DNA from: a virus
Direction: 5' to 3' (one strand)
DNA: 64,000 nucleotides
IMG/VR virus record: IMGVR_UViG_3300008255_000097
Location: 123,225-187,224 of that record
In this document: one piece after another, positions 56,438 through 64,000 of the stretch
Layout of the letters: each line of letters starts with the position of its first letter
Position numbering within the stretch: position 1 is the stretch's first letter
The notes under the pieces: generated by a model
The model's input: only the letters and a program-made list of their open reading frames with translations
What the model was told of the DNA's origin: nothing
Databases searched by the model: none
Program-made: the position numbers and the translations under genes

Positions 56438-57274
56438 TTATTTACTGTTCCAATTTTTAGGGGGAGTAGCAAATTTACCAAATGCCGACGGTAATACTAC
56501 TTGCTCTTTTTTTATCATCGGTACTCCTAATGATTTCAACCCAGTTTGACTTGCATAATATATAACTAATTCTGCAACTTGATTTCCTATATTAAATTCA
56601 TCTTGCACTACATGTGAGCTTTTTTGTTGTCCCCACGTAGTACCAACACCGAAAGGATCTTCCTTTACTGATGTACAACACTTCACATCTCCGCTATATA
56701 AACTTCTAGACTTTGAATTTACTCCATAACAATCTAGCGTTCTATTAGAAGTACTGGAACAGTTAATATTATTTGATACCTGGCTATTATACAGTGTCCA
56801 AGGTGGTGTACCAGTTCCGGGATCTATACCTGGAACATATTTAATATCTTTTGCTGAATCACTCGTAATAGTCCAATAAGATGGTATACATATATCTACC
56901 TTCTCTTCAAAAATTAAAGCGCCAATTACCCCATTATTACCTGGTGCACCGGCTTCGTTGCAGTAGCTTCTATCTTTTCGACAGAATTTAAACGCACCAA
57001 CTGTCTCCATATCTTTACGAAAACCTTTAATCTCTAAAGTATCGTTAGCGTTTACTATGTATCCTGTATCGCCTGGTTTTGCAGGCTCTCCAGTAATAGC
57101 ATTAATACCATCTATAGAAGGAATCGCCAGTATCCGATTGTATGAGTGATTACGGATTTGTAAGGAATATTCAGTTCCAACTCGACTTTCAATAAAAGTA
57201 TTGTTGTCTTTGTGGAACTCTTGAACAGGATGGCCGTTGACGAGTATACGTAGCTCGTATTGATTTATTTTCAT
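56438..57274 (-). CDS. hypothetical protein
   Basis: 278-aa ORF. Confidence 0.4.
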   Translation of the reverse strand: MKINQYELRILVNGHPVQEFHKDNNTFIESRVGTEYSLQIRNHSYNRILAIPSIDGINAITGEPAKPGDTGYIVNANDTLEIKGFRKDMETVGAFKFCRKDRSYCNEAGAPGNNGVIGALIFEEKVDICIPSYWTITSDSAKDIKYVPGIDPGTGTPPWTLYNSQVSNNINCSSTSNRTLDCYGVNSKSRSLYSGDVKCCTSVKEDPFGVGTTWGQQKSSHVVQDEFNIGNQVAELVIYYASQTGLKSLGVPMIKKEQVVLPSAFGKFATPPKNWNSK

Positions 57275-57348
57275 TTTTCTCCTGCCTCATATGAGGACTT
57301 CATATCACATCTGTGACATATATATTTATATAGGCTGTAGAAAATAAA

Positions 57349-57705
57349 TCAAGCATTTAATGCGGATAAAAGCATATGAAAAGGTAAAACTTCTGCATTC
57401 GGTAGAAGATATTTCATTTCTTTCGCTCCGACTGGATTCATACTATGAATTAGTATTCGTGGTGGATTAGTAATATTATTAGCTATCCATTTTGCTACTT
57501 CCCAGCCAGTACCTTCACCAGATGCAACGTACACTTTACCACCTAAATCATGATCGAGAAATATCATATCAAACGGACTATTATCTTTTAGTTGTTCAAT
57601 GGCTTCAATAGCTGTTTGAGCCCAAATAGTTTCTGCTCTGCCTACCATTGCCTTTGAGAATGAACTCCACCGAGCTGGATCATCATCCAGGAATAATACT
57701 TTCAT
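57349..57705 (-). CDS. CheY-like receiver (REC) domain protein, putative
   Basis: MKVLFLDDDP...DMIFLDHDLGG resembles the REC acidic pocket and phospho-acceptor Asp; weak. Confidence 0.35.
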   Translation of the reverse strand: MKVLFLDDDPARWSSFSKAMVGRAETIWAQTAIEAIEQLKDNSPFDMIFLDHDLGGKVYVASGEGTGWEVAKWIANNITNPPRILIHSMNPVGAKEMKYLLPNAEVLPFHMLLSALNA

Positions 57706-57989
57706 TTTGAAAATCCTATCTTTATGACTGGTGTCTTAGGTACAACATCAATCTCATCTTCGCGTATGGTTAGTGTTTTTCTTTCTCTTCCCTGCCACCA
57801 GCTTACATCATAAAATATAGACAAATCTCTTCCAGTAATTCCGATATTTTCTATAACTGCTTCAAATGGTTCTTCTGCTTTTACGATAATTGTGGTACCA
57901 GGGGACAAAATATCAAGTTTTTCATGTAAGTATTTATTTACTACCACCGAGTATAAAAGTACTTTTAATGTGTTCATTAAGCTTAGCAT
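57702..57989 (-). CDS. hypothetical protein
   Basis: 95-aa ORF. Confidence 0.3.
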   Translation of the reverse strand: MLSLMNTLKVLLYSVVVNKYLHEKLDILSPGTTIIVKAEEPFEAVIENIGITGRDLSIFYDVSWWQGRERKTLTIREDEIDVVPKTPVIKIGFSK

Positions 57990-58542
57990 TTACATGAGAA
58001 AAGTCCATCATATATTTCTTTTCAAGAGCGGCTTCTATAATCTTCATTTTATATTCAACTAATTCTAATGGTACTGGAGTATAATCCCACATATCCGTGC
58101 CAACATCAAAAGACAGTGAATCTCCCTCTTTTAATCGACCATGAGAGTGGCCATATAAATGCCAAGCACCATGAACAGAAGATGCCCAAGTATTCATTGA
58201 ATAATGACATAAAGTTACATCTTTACCGTTAAATCGTCGACGAAGAAATGGATGTACTTCACGAAAGAGATTTTTTACCTCCACACTCATTTTATCGTGG
58301 TTTCCTTCAATGAGAATCTTCTTTCCATTGAGGCGATGCAGAAACCATGCATGATTCTTGAATGCAAAATCTCCAATGATATACACAGTGGAACCAGGTT
58401 TTACCATATCGTTCCATCTCTGCATCAACACTTCATTCATCTCTTTTACATCTGCAAATGGACGCTTACAGTGACGAAGAATACCTGCATGATCAAAGTG
58501 AGTATCTGCAGTAAAGAAAGTTTTGCTTGGATATTTGATCAT
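57934..58542 (-). CDS. calcineurin-like metallophosphoesterase
   Basis: Motifs DTHFDH, GDFA, GNHD, HGHSH. Confidence 0.7.
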   Translation of the reverse strand: MIKYPSKTFFTADTHFDHAGILRHCKRPFADVKEMNEVLMQRWNDMVKPGSTVYIIGDFAFKNHAWFLHRLNGKKILIEGNHDKMSVEVKNLFREVHPFLRRRFNGKDVTLCHYSMNTWASSVHGAWHLYGHSHGRLKEGDSLSFDVGTDMWDYTPVPLELVEYKMKIIEAALEKKYMMDFSHVNAKLNEHIKSTFILGGSK

Positions 58543-58559
58543 TTTACTACTCCTGATTG

Positions 58560-58640
58560 AGAGTTAAATTGGTACGCCCGAAAGGACTCGAACCTCTATC
58601 CCCAACATTATTAGTGTTGGCGCTCGCGAAATATGTCGTC
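58560..58640 (-). tRNA. tRNA-like gene of uncertain identity (anticodon loop CTAATAA; no clean 5' acceptor)
   Basis: CCA, ACGCCCG strand, T-arm AGAGGTTCGAGTCCTTT, 6-bp anticodon-type stem. Confidence 0.3.
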
Positions 58641-58859
58641 TATTATCTAGGTACATCGATAATATCTAACAATAAGCCTAGATAATAAGGACTAAAAAAT
58701 ATTGATATCATTACCAAAAATGAGAAATAAGTCTTTAGCTATAATCTCGGGTACCACCGATCATATATACTGTACCTTATTTCCCATTTTCAGTTCTGAG
58801 TATCTCAAAGTTAGCGCTTACTACCATCCATTGAGCTACAGGCGCATTTTTTTGTTCTA

Positions 58860-59003
58860 TTACTTGTGTAGTTTGACGATATGTTGGTTATACATATCTA
58901 CATGACCACGCAATTCTTTGTTGGTTATTGCCAACTCAGCGCGTAGCTCTGCTACCACACGCTTGAGGTTTTCGATTTCTTTTATCATCACTTCTTCGTT
59001 CAT
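58860..59003 (-). CDS. small coiled-coil protein (47 aa; absent from the ORF track)
   Basis: ATG at 59003 preceded by AAAGGAGA; MNEEVMIKEIENLKRVVAELRAEL... Confidence 0.35.
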   Translation of the reverse strand: MNEEVMIKEIENLKRVVAELRAELAITNKELRGHVDMYNQHIVKLHK

Positions 59004-59034
59004 TTTGTTCTCCTTTAAATCTATCACTTACAGA

Positions 59035-59280
59035 TTAACTGTACTTTAAACTGTTTACGTTCTTCTCTTCTGTGCGAGCCTTTAGCTGTGCGTCTTTCTG
59101 TCTACGAGCTTCTGCACGCATTCTCTTCTTGCGTTTCTTCACACTAGGCTTCTGAAAGAACTCTCTTTCTCTTAGTTCTTGAAAAAGCTGAGTATCATCT
59201 ACCGCTTTCTTAAACCGCCTTGTCATTTTCTCAATAGTTTCGCGAGGTTTTCTTTTTATTGTTATTTGTGTCATACTCAT
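59035..59280 (-). CDS. rpsU: ribosomal protein bS21 homologue
   Basis: TRRFKKAVDDTQLFQELREREFFQKPSVKKRKKRMRAEARRQ parallels E. coli S21 RRFKRSCEKAG...RRREFYEKPTTERKRAK. Confidence 0.65.
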   Translation of the reverse strand: MSMTQITIKRKPRETIEKMTRRFKKAVDDTQLFQELREREFFQKPSVKKRKKRMRAEARRQKDAQLKARTEEKNVNSLKYS

Positions 59281-59576
59281 AATGTCTCTAAAAATATATC
59301 AGTTCTTACTTCACCAATGTTATTAAAAATACTGTCAGGATTATTTATATCAAACCTCCGACGTTCCACGTTGCTAGGTTTTCCACCATTACTCGACAAT
59401 ACAATAGATGTCTCTTTTAATGTCCATGTCCCCTTCTTCTTATTATGTTTTAATATAAACCGAATAATCGGTTCTTTTTTTCCTTCGATAATAAGAAGAT
59501 ATTCTATAAGCGTATAAGAAATCCAAGGCATAAGATGATTTTCGAATACATACTTATAATATATCTTTTTTCGCAT
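59277..59576 (-). CDS. hypothetical protein
   Basis: 99-aa ORF. Confidence 0.35.
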   Translation of the reverse strand: MRKKIYYKYVFENHLMPWISYTLIEYLLIIEGKKEPIIRFILKHNKKKGTWTLKETSIVLSSNGGKPSNVERRRFDINNPDSIFNNIGEVRTDIFLETL

Positions 59577-59602
59577 TATGCCACGTCTTTTTTAGTTTTT
59601 AT

Positions 59603-59674
59603 TGGCATGCGCGGAGGGAATCGGACCCCCTCCTAGAGTTTTGGAGACTCTTTGGCTACCATAGCCTCACGCAT
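59603..59674 (-). tRNA. tRNA-Trp(CCA)
   Basis: Anticodon loop CTCCAAA, CCA encoded. Confidence 0.7.
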
Positions 59675-59778
59675 ATCACTAATACTTTCTATTATTTGAA
59701 CCCTATGTATAGAACCCGCGTTTTGCGCCAAAAAATTTGGTCACGGGGTCTCGGGTTTCAGTTTCATTTTCAATTTAC

Positions 59779-59874
59779 TGGCGGAAGACAAGGGAATCGA
59801 ACCCTCACCAGACATATTTCAGCCTGGAACGCATTAGCAGTGCGCCGCCACGAACCATTATTAGCCTATCTTCC
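59779..59874 (-). tRNA. tRNA-Ser(GCT)
   Basis: Class II: anticodon loop CTGCTAA, about 22-nt variable arm, CCA encoded. Confidence 0.7.
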
Positions 59875-60100
59875 TTTTTTCATCTATCTTCGCTAAATTT
59901 CTCTCAAGCCTTTTAATAAGGGTTAAAAGATACAAACGAACTACCCCCTTCTTCTTTCCAGCTTCTAGTTTGAGAAACTCAATAACATCTACAAGATTAA
60001 CTCTTAATTCCTTTTCTGGTGTTCTGTAAACTTTAATGCTCATAAAATTACTCTCCAGGGCAGGATTATTATCCTTTTCTAACTCAAAAATTGTTTTCAT
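59861..60100 (-). CDS. hypothetical protein
   Basis: 79-aa ORF whose 3' end overlaps tRNA-Ser by about 14 nt. Confidence 0.3.
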   Translation of the reverse strand: MKTIFELEKDNNPALESNFMSIKVYRTPEKELRVNLVDVIEFLKLEAGKKKGVVRLYLLTLIKRLERNLAKIDEKRKIG

Positions 60101-60105
60101 TCTTA

Positions 60106-60444
60106 TTATAGTATTTTATGATATTGCATACTCGATAGGTTGGGCTCTAAATTTAAATTATCCTCAAATAAAGTAAATATCCTACATCGTTCAAACACTT
60201 CTTGAAATTGTTTTGTATCTTTATCAAAGAATTGTTCATACTCTACCAGCATAGGATGCTTACTTACTAAATCTCTGTAATCATAGAAACACTCCGATGT
60301 CGTTTTTATTGGATTTTTTGGACAGCTTGGACATATCACAACTCGTCTCGTTATAACACGCAAAGCTGGAAAAATCGTTCCATTATATCCTAATACTCCT
60401 TCTTCTATTGTATAATCAATATCATCATATGTCAAGGTTTTCAT
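60106..60444 (-). CDS. hypothetical protein
   Basis: 112-aa ORF. Confidence 0.35.
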   Translation of the reverse strand: MKTLTYDDIDYTIEEGVLGYNGTIFPALRVITRRVVICPSCPKNPIKTTSECFYDYRDLVSKHPMLVEYEQFFDKDTKQFQEVFERCRIFTLFEDNLNLEPNLSSMQYHKIL

Positions 60445-60445
60445 T

Positions 60446-60531
60446 TGGCGGAAGCGGAGGGACTCGAACCCCCAGGGCTGTTACACCCAGCTGTTTTCAA
60501 GACAGCCCGACTACCATTATCACACACTTCC
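60446..60531 (-). tRNA. tRNA-Ser(TGA)
   Basis: Class II: 5' GGAAGTG identical to E. coli tRNA-Ser, anticodon loop CTTGAAA, CCA encoded. Confidence 0.75.
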
Positions 60532-60532
60532 T

Positions 60533-60691
60533 TTATAACAATCTCATCTTTAGTTTCGCTTTGTCGTATTTTGCTTTCGTTTTATCATACTCCTCTCTCG
60601 AAACATTACTTTTATAATTCTTGCTCTCTAGTCTCTTTTTTAAGAATACTAAATATTGTTCTTCTTGAGCTTTAATATTCTTTTTACTCAT
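60533..60691 (-). CDS. hypothetical Lys-rich small protein (start trimmed to an internal Met to avoid the tRNA)
   Basis: The listed ORF 60533..60733 overlaps tRNA-Leu; the internal ATG at 60691 gives 52 aa. Confidence 0.25.
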   Translation of the reverse strand: MSKKNIKAQEEQYLVFLKKRLESKNYKSNVSREEYDKTKAKYDKAKLKMRLL

Positions 60692-60776
60692 TGGTGCGGG
60701 TGAGAGGACTCGAACCTCCACGCCTTGCGGCACAAGCTTCTAAGGCTTGCGTGTCTGCCAATTTCACCACACCCGC
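60692..60776 (-). tRNA. tRNA-Leu(TAG)
   Basis: Class II: anticodon loop CTTAGAA, exact acceptor GCGGGTG/CACCCGC, CCA encoded. Confidence 0.75.
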
Positions 60777-60777
60777 A

Positions 60778-60987
60778 TTATTTATTCTTTACTATTCTTT
60801 TCTTTGTTCTCTTCTTTTGCCTTGGCATACTTCCTGTATACCCTACCTCTTTTAAGAGCTCTTTATGATGTCTAACCCACTTATTCAAATCTTTTTGATT
60901 GCTGTCACTATTATATAGAGCCTCTTGTGCTGCTTCAATTTCATCTAGACAATAATCAGTTTCATATTTTTTCTGTTTTCTCGTCAT
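60778..60987 (-). CDS. hypothetical protein
   Basis: 69-aa ORF. Confidence 0.3.
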   Translation of the reverse strand: MTRKQKKYETDYCLDEIEAAQEALYNSDSNQKDLNKWVRHHKELLKEVGYTGSMPRQKKRTKKRIVKNK

Positions 60988-61112
60988 TTTAAATACTTAT
61001 AACAAATACTCAAACCATCTACTTGTAAACTGCTCTACTGTTACAAATTCTACTTTTGTGTGAAAATTAATACTCGACTTATGTGCTTTAAAATAGTCTC
61101 CTGCTGGAGTTA

Positions 61113-61307
61113 TTATAGGGTTTTAGTTGTATATACTTGATCGTTATAAATAACATACTCTTGTTCATATCTTACTTTTGTACCTCGCTTCCTGCAATGT
61201 ACATATGTATCATCCAGTATTACTATATCAGGGAGAGGTATAATCTTCTTCATGTAATCATCAATATGTGTACCATAATCTTGTTCCTTATCTCTAATAG
61301 CATTCAT
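61113..61307 (-). CDS. hypothetical protein (start trimmed to an internal Met)
   Basis: The listed 120-aa ORF overlaps tRNA-Ser(GGA); the internal ATG at 61307 gives 65 aa. Confidence 0.3.
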   Translation of the reverse strand: MNAIRDKEQDYGTHIDDYMKKIIPLPDIVILDDTYVHCRKRGTKVRYEQEYVIYNDQVYTTKTL

Positions 61308-61364
61308 CCGGGATGATGTTTGTCTTGCTTGCCACTTTTGCTTATGTGTTAACTTTTTTTCATT

Positions 61365-61452
61365 CTGGCGGAAAGCAGAAGACTTGAACTCCACTCCTTT
61401 CGGAGCCGACCGTGTTCCAGACGGTGGTAGCACCCTTGCTACTTTACTTTCC
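61365..61452 (-). tRNA. tRNA-Ser(GGA)
   Basis: Class II: anticodon arm ACCGT CTGGAAC ACGGT, variable arm CTCC..GGAG, CCA encoded. Confidence 0.7.
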
Positions 61453-61471
61453 CTATTACGTGCATGTCTAT

Positions 61472-62056
61472 TCATAATGTACTTTTAAGTTGATATGCGC
61501 GATTATAATTAGCGCCCTTTGGGTCCAAACCTAATCGTATTAACGCTTGTCTTATATTTTTCTCTTCTTTTAGTGCAATACAAAATTCTTCATCTGATAC
61601 TTTCTTTCCTTTTCCTCTATTGCCACCTTTATATGTCTTAGTTTGACTGTGGCAATTTGGACATAACCAGCGAAGATTCTCAACCCGACAATCGAGTCTT
61701 TCACCGTTAATATGATCCATTTCTAATACAATTGTCTTATTATTCCATTTTGTTAAGTTGCAACACGAGCATTTATATTCCTTTATTTGTTTAAATCGCG
61801 ATCTAATATAACATAAACTTCGATGACACTTTTCTGTAAATATATCTTTGTCATCTAAACTAGGCGTATTTTTTCTCCATCCTCGCTGTTCAAAAGTAAA
61901 TGTACATTTTTTATTTCCATTTTTATATGCTCGTTTTACACCATTTGAGTTTTTTAAACGAGTGTTCGGGCATTTATTAAATTTATCACTACAACACCAT
62001 TTACCATTTTTTAATTGGTATTTTGCTTCTTGTAGACATCCATATTGACACTTCAT
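61472..62056 (-). CDS. HNH endonuclease
   Basis: LEMDHINGERLDCRVENLRWLCPNCH; lies inside the tRNA array. Confidence 0.7.
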   Translation of the reverse strand: MKCQYGCLQEAKYQLKNGKWCCSDKFNKCPNTRLKNSNGVKRAYKNGNKKCTFTFEQRGWRKNTPSLDDKDIFTEKCHRSLCYIRSRFKQIKEYKCSCCNLTKWNNKTIVLEMDHINGERLDCRVENLRWLCPNCHSQTKTYKGGNRGKGKKVSDEEFCIALKEEKNIRQALIRLGLDPKGANYNRAYQLKSTL

Positions 62057-62104
62057 ATCTCTCCTTTTAAATACTTATATGGCAGAGATATTTTTTTATA
62101 AAAA

Positions 62105-62187
62105 TTGGTAGCCTAGGTGGGAGTCGAACCCACAAACCGAAGCGCCACTTTTTGAAAGTGGTGAGTATGCCAATTTCTCCACTAGGC
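62105..62187 (-). tRNA. tRNA-Leu(CAA)
   Basis: Anticodon arm CCACT TTCAAAA AGTGG, 11-nt variable region, CCA encoded. Confidence 0.7.
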
Positions 62188-62290
62188 CAATATCCATATA
62201 TCAAAGAACTTATCGAGAAAAATTTATCTCGACTTGAGTGCTCTTAGCGTTACCCAACTGCAACCACGGGGAGGTGGCACTCTCTGCAGT

Positions 62291-62362
62291 CGTTGATCGA
62301 CGAGAATTGAACTCGCGTCACCTGATTCACAGTCAGGCGCTCTGCCACTGAGCTACGACCAA
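62291..62362 (-). tRNA. tRNA-His(GTG) with encoded G-1
   Basis: Anticodon loop CTGTGAA, D-arm GCTCAGTGGCAGAGC, extra 5' G opposite discriminator C; CCA not encoded. Confidence 0.75.
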
Positions 62363-62369
62363 CATTACT

Positions 62370-62660
62370 TTATAACAACTCAACAAAATTATCTGCTACT
62401 AATTTCAATATATCTTCTTCATTAAGCAATCTAACATCATAAGATTTTGCTTTTCTAAGTCTCGTTTCCATTGCACTTTCTGATAATACAAATTGTTCAA
62501 ATTTAAACGGTGTATGTATGAATTTACCATAACTAAATGTATGAAACATTTGCCTATATCCTCTACCAATCTTCTTCCAAAATAAATGTACATCACACCG
62601 CGGAGCATTTTTATTAACTTTACTATAGTCACGAACAAATTGTACATAAGGTGCTTTCAT
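62370..62660 (-). CDS. hypothetical protein, member of ELL-tail paralog family
   Basis: C-terminus ...LKLVADNFVELL. Confidence 0.4.
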   Translation of the reverse strand: MKAPYVQFVRDYSKVNKNAPRCDVHLFWKKIGRGYRQMFHTFSYGKFIHTPFKFEQFVLSESAMETRLRKAKSYDVRLLNEEDILKLVADNFVELL

Positions 62661-62950
62661 AATAAATCCTCAAAAAAATCTGAAATAAACTCCTCCAGCG
62701 ACATCTCGTAACAATAAAAAGTTGAATTGTGTAATCCTGATGCTAAAGTTCTACCACTAATAATATGATTATATCTCTGCTGTTTATGCTCTATATACCA
62801 TCTATATCCGCATTTGCAGACATCTGTCCATCTTTTTATATGATCAGTTGTAACATATTTTATTTCGTATATACGACCGTCTTTATGGTAGAAGATTTCT
62901 TCTACATTATAGTCCCATATTCGCCATATTACGTCTGGATACTTTCCCAT
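62657..62950 (-). CDS. hypothetical protein, member of ELL-tail paralog family
   Basis: C-terminus ...LEEFISDFFEDLL. Confidence 0.4.
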   Translation of the reverse strand: MGKYPDVIWRIWDYNVEEIFYHKDGRIYEIKYVTTDHIKRWTDVCKCGYRWYIEHKQQRYNHIISGRTLASGLHNSTFYCYEMSLEEFISDFFEDLL

Positions 62951-63093
62951 TTGATCTCACAAAAGTTATGAATTCATTTATTGGTGTTGGCTTTGTCTTA
63001 TTTATTCTCAAATAAAACGCATTGTCCAGCACATCTCTACTAATCTTCTTTTGTCTTATTTTTGCTATTTCACTCTTTACACTATTATGTTAA

Positions 63094-63411
63094 TCACCAA
63101 TCTCCTAAAATTAATAACATACTGTTTTCTTCTTGAACTGTCTCTTCATCCACAGCAGCGATTGTATCAAATATTATCCCAACATAATCAGATAAAGATA
63201 TTTTTTCTTGCTTATCCCAAATTGTAGATATTACCTTACACAATTCATCTCGTTTCCATTCAAGAGCTGCCCGTCTCGGTAAACTTAATCTTTTTAGGTC
63301 ACTTAGTTTGCATATCTGACTTACACCTCTGCTATTCTTTTTATGAAGTGATATGTAAATTCCTGGATCATCTGCCATATTTTCCCATATTTCATCTGTT
63401 TCATCTTTCAT
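63094..63411 (-). CDS. hypothetical protein
   Basis: 105-aa ORF. Confidence 0.35.
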   Translation of the reverse strand: MKDETDEIWENMADDPGIYISLHKKNSRGVSQICKLSDLKRLSLPRRAALEWKRDELCKVISTIWDKQEKISLSDYVGIIFDTIAAVDEETVQEENSMLLILGDW

Positions 63412-63413
63412 GT

Positions 63414-63785
63414 CTATAGATCCTTTGAAATTAAATCTGCTAGAATAAAATTAACTGATTCAGACTCCCAATGTTGATTAAAACATTTTAACCAGCAATC
63501 AAGCTCCAGAGATATTTCTCCTTCAATCTTAAATTGATGTGGTACAAATACAATTCTCGGTACAGCTCTCACAACAAGACAGCCTCTCTGCTTTCCTATA
63601 TAAGGATAGCGACCATCTCCAGGCATTGCCAGTAAAAAATCAATAGTATTTTCAAACTGATCCAATTTATCACAGAAGATCCAACACTTATTTGGTGACG
63701 ATCTGAACGCAACATAGCTAATTTTTAATCGCTCTAATTCACTTATTGCTGCTTGATATTGTTCTTCTGTATCGCAGTCAATCAT
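63414..63785 (-). CDS. hypothetical protein
   Basis: 123-aa ORF. Confidence 0.35.
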   Translation of the reverse strand: MIDCDTEEQYQAAISELERLKISYVAFRSSPNKCWIFCDKLDQFENTIDFLLAMPGDGRYPYIGKQRGCLVVRAVPRIVFVPHQFKIEGEISLELDCWLKCFNQHWESESVNFILADLISKDL

Positions 63786-64000
63786 TGGAACTGTTTGATT
63801 AAAAATAGATGTAACAATCCAAAACGGATATTTTGGTTTAATGTTAACAGGTTTATTGGCTTTAAGACTCTCAATTTCATTAATTGTTTTTGTTTTATAG
63901 TAGCATTGACGAATTCCTTGCTCAAATTGAGCAGGTGTTATAATCGTAATAGGGGTATGTTTATATACCCCGTCTTCTATTACTCCGCCGTTATCTATTG
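63782..64000 (-). CDS. hypothetical protein, partial (N-terminus beyond window end)
   Basis: Minus-strand frame open from the window edge to a stop at 63782. Confidence 0.3.

Noticed and set aside
58702-58905. Plus-strand ORF 58702..58905 and a tRNA-like 5' half on the minus strand (GCGCCTGTAGCTCAATGGATGGTAG)
   Set aside because: The tRNA-like 5' half has no matching T-arm or acceptor 3' strand, so it is probably another tRNA remnant. The ORF has no RBS.

Overview
This window is a 64-kb, AT-rich (about 35% GC) segment of a large virulent tailed phage genome. Nearly all genes are densely packed on the minus strand. Strong AGGAGG-type ribosome-binding sites, a ComGC-like pilin N-terminus, a SleB-type lysin and a Bacillus-style tmRNA tag suggest a Firmicute host.

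Recognisable protein genes (two neighbouring groups):
- Nucleotide metabolism: ATP-dependent DNA ligase, flavin-dependent thymidylate synthase ThyX, NAD salvage pair (NAMPT/NadV-like and NMNAT-Nudix/NatV-like), a purine PRTase and two HAD 5'-nucleotidases.
- RNA repair and translation support: Rnl1-like and Rnl2-like RNA ligases, CCA-adding enzyme, a P-loop polynucleotide-kinase-like protein, a metallophosphoesterase, a Pth2-like peptidyl-tRNA hydrolase, a Ro60/TROVE-vWA protein, a ribosomal protein bS21 homologue, and an RlmN-like radical SAM enzyme next to a type IV pilin-like gene.
- Others: an Hsp20, a SleB-like cell-wall hydrolase with adjacent lipoproteins, and at least seven HNH endonucleases.

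RNA genes: a tmRNA (37984..38355), four tRNA genes at 12.3-13.1 kb, and an 18-kb minus-strand tRNA array (44.2-62.4 kb) with about 40 tRNA genes that nearly completes the amino-acid set. The array is interspersed with YraN-like PD-(D/E)xK nucleases, HNH and Vsr-like endonucleases, tRNA fragments, and a conserved hairpin repeat just downstream of many tRNAs.

The most unusual feature is a plus-strand island (22163..29879) inside the minus-strand backbone. It encodes an HExxH protein, a collagen-like vWA (MIDAS) protein, a 980-aa tandem MoxR-type AAA+ ATPase and three unknown proteins.

All tRNA and tmRNA boundaries and anticodons were folded by eye; coordinates are approximate to within a few nucleotides.
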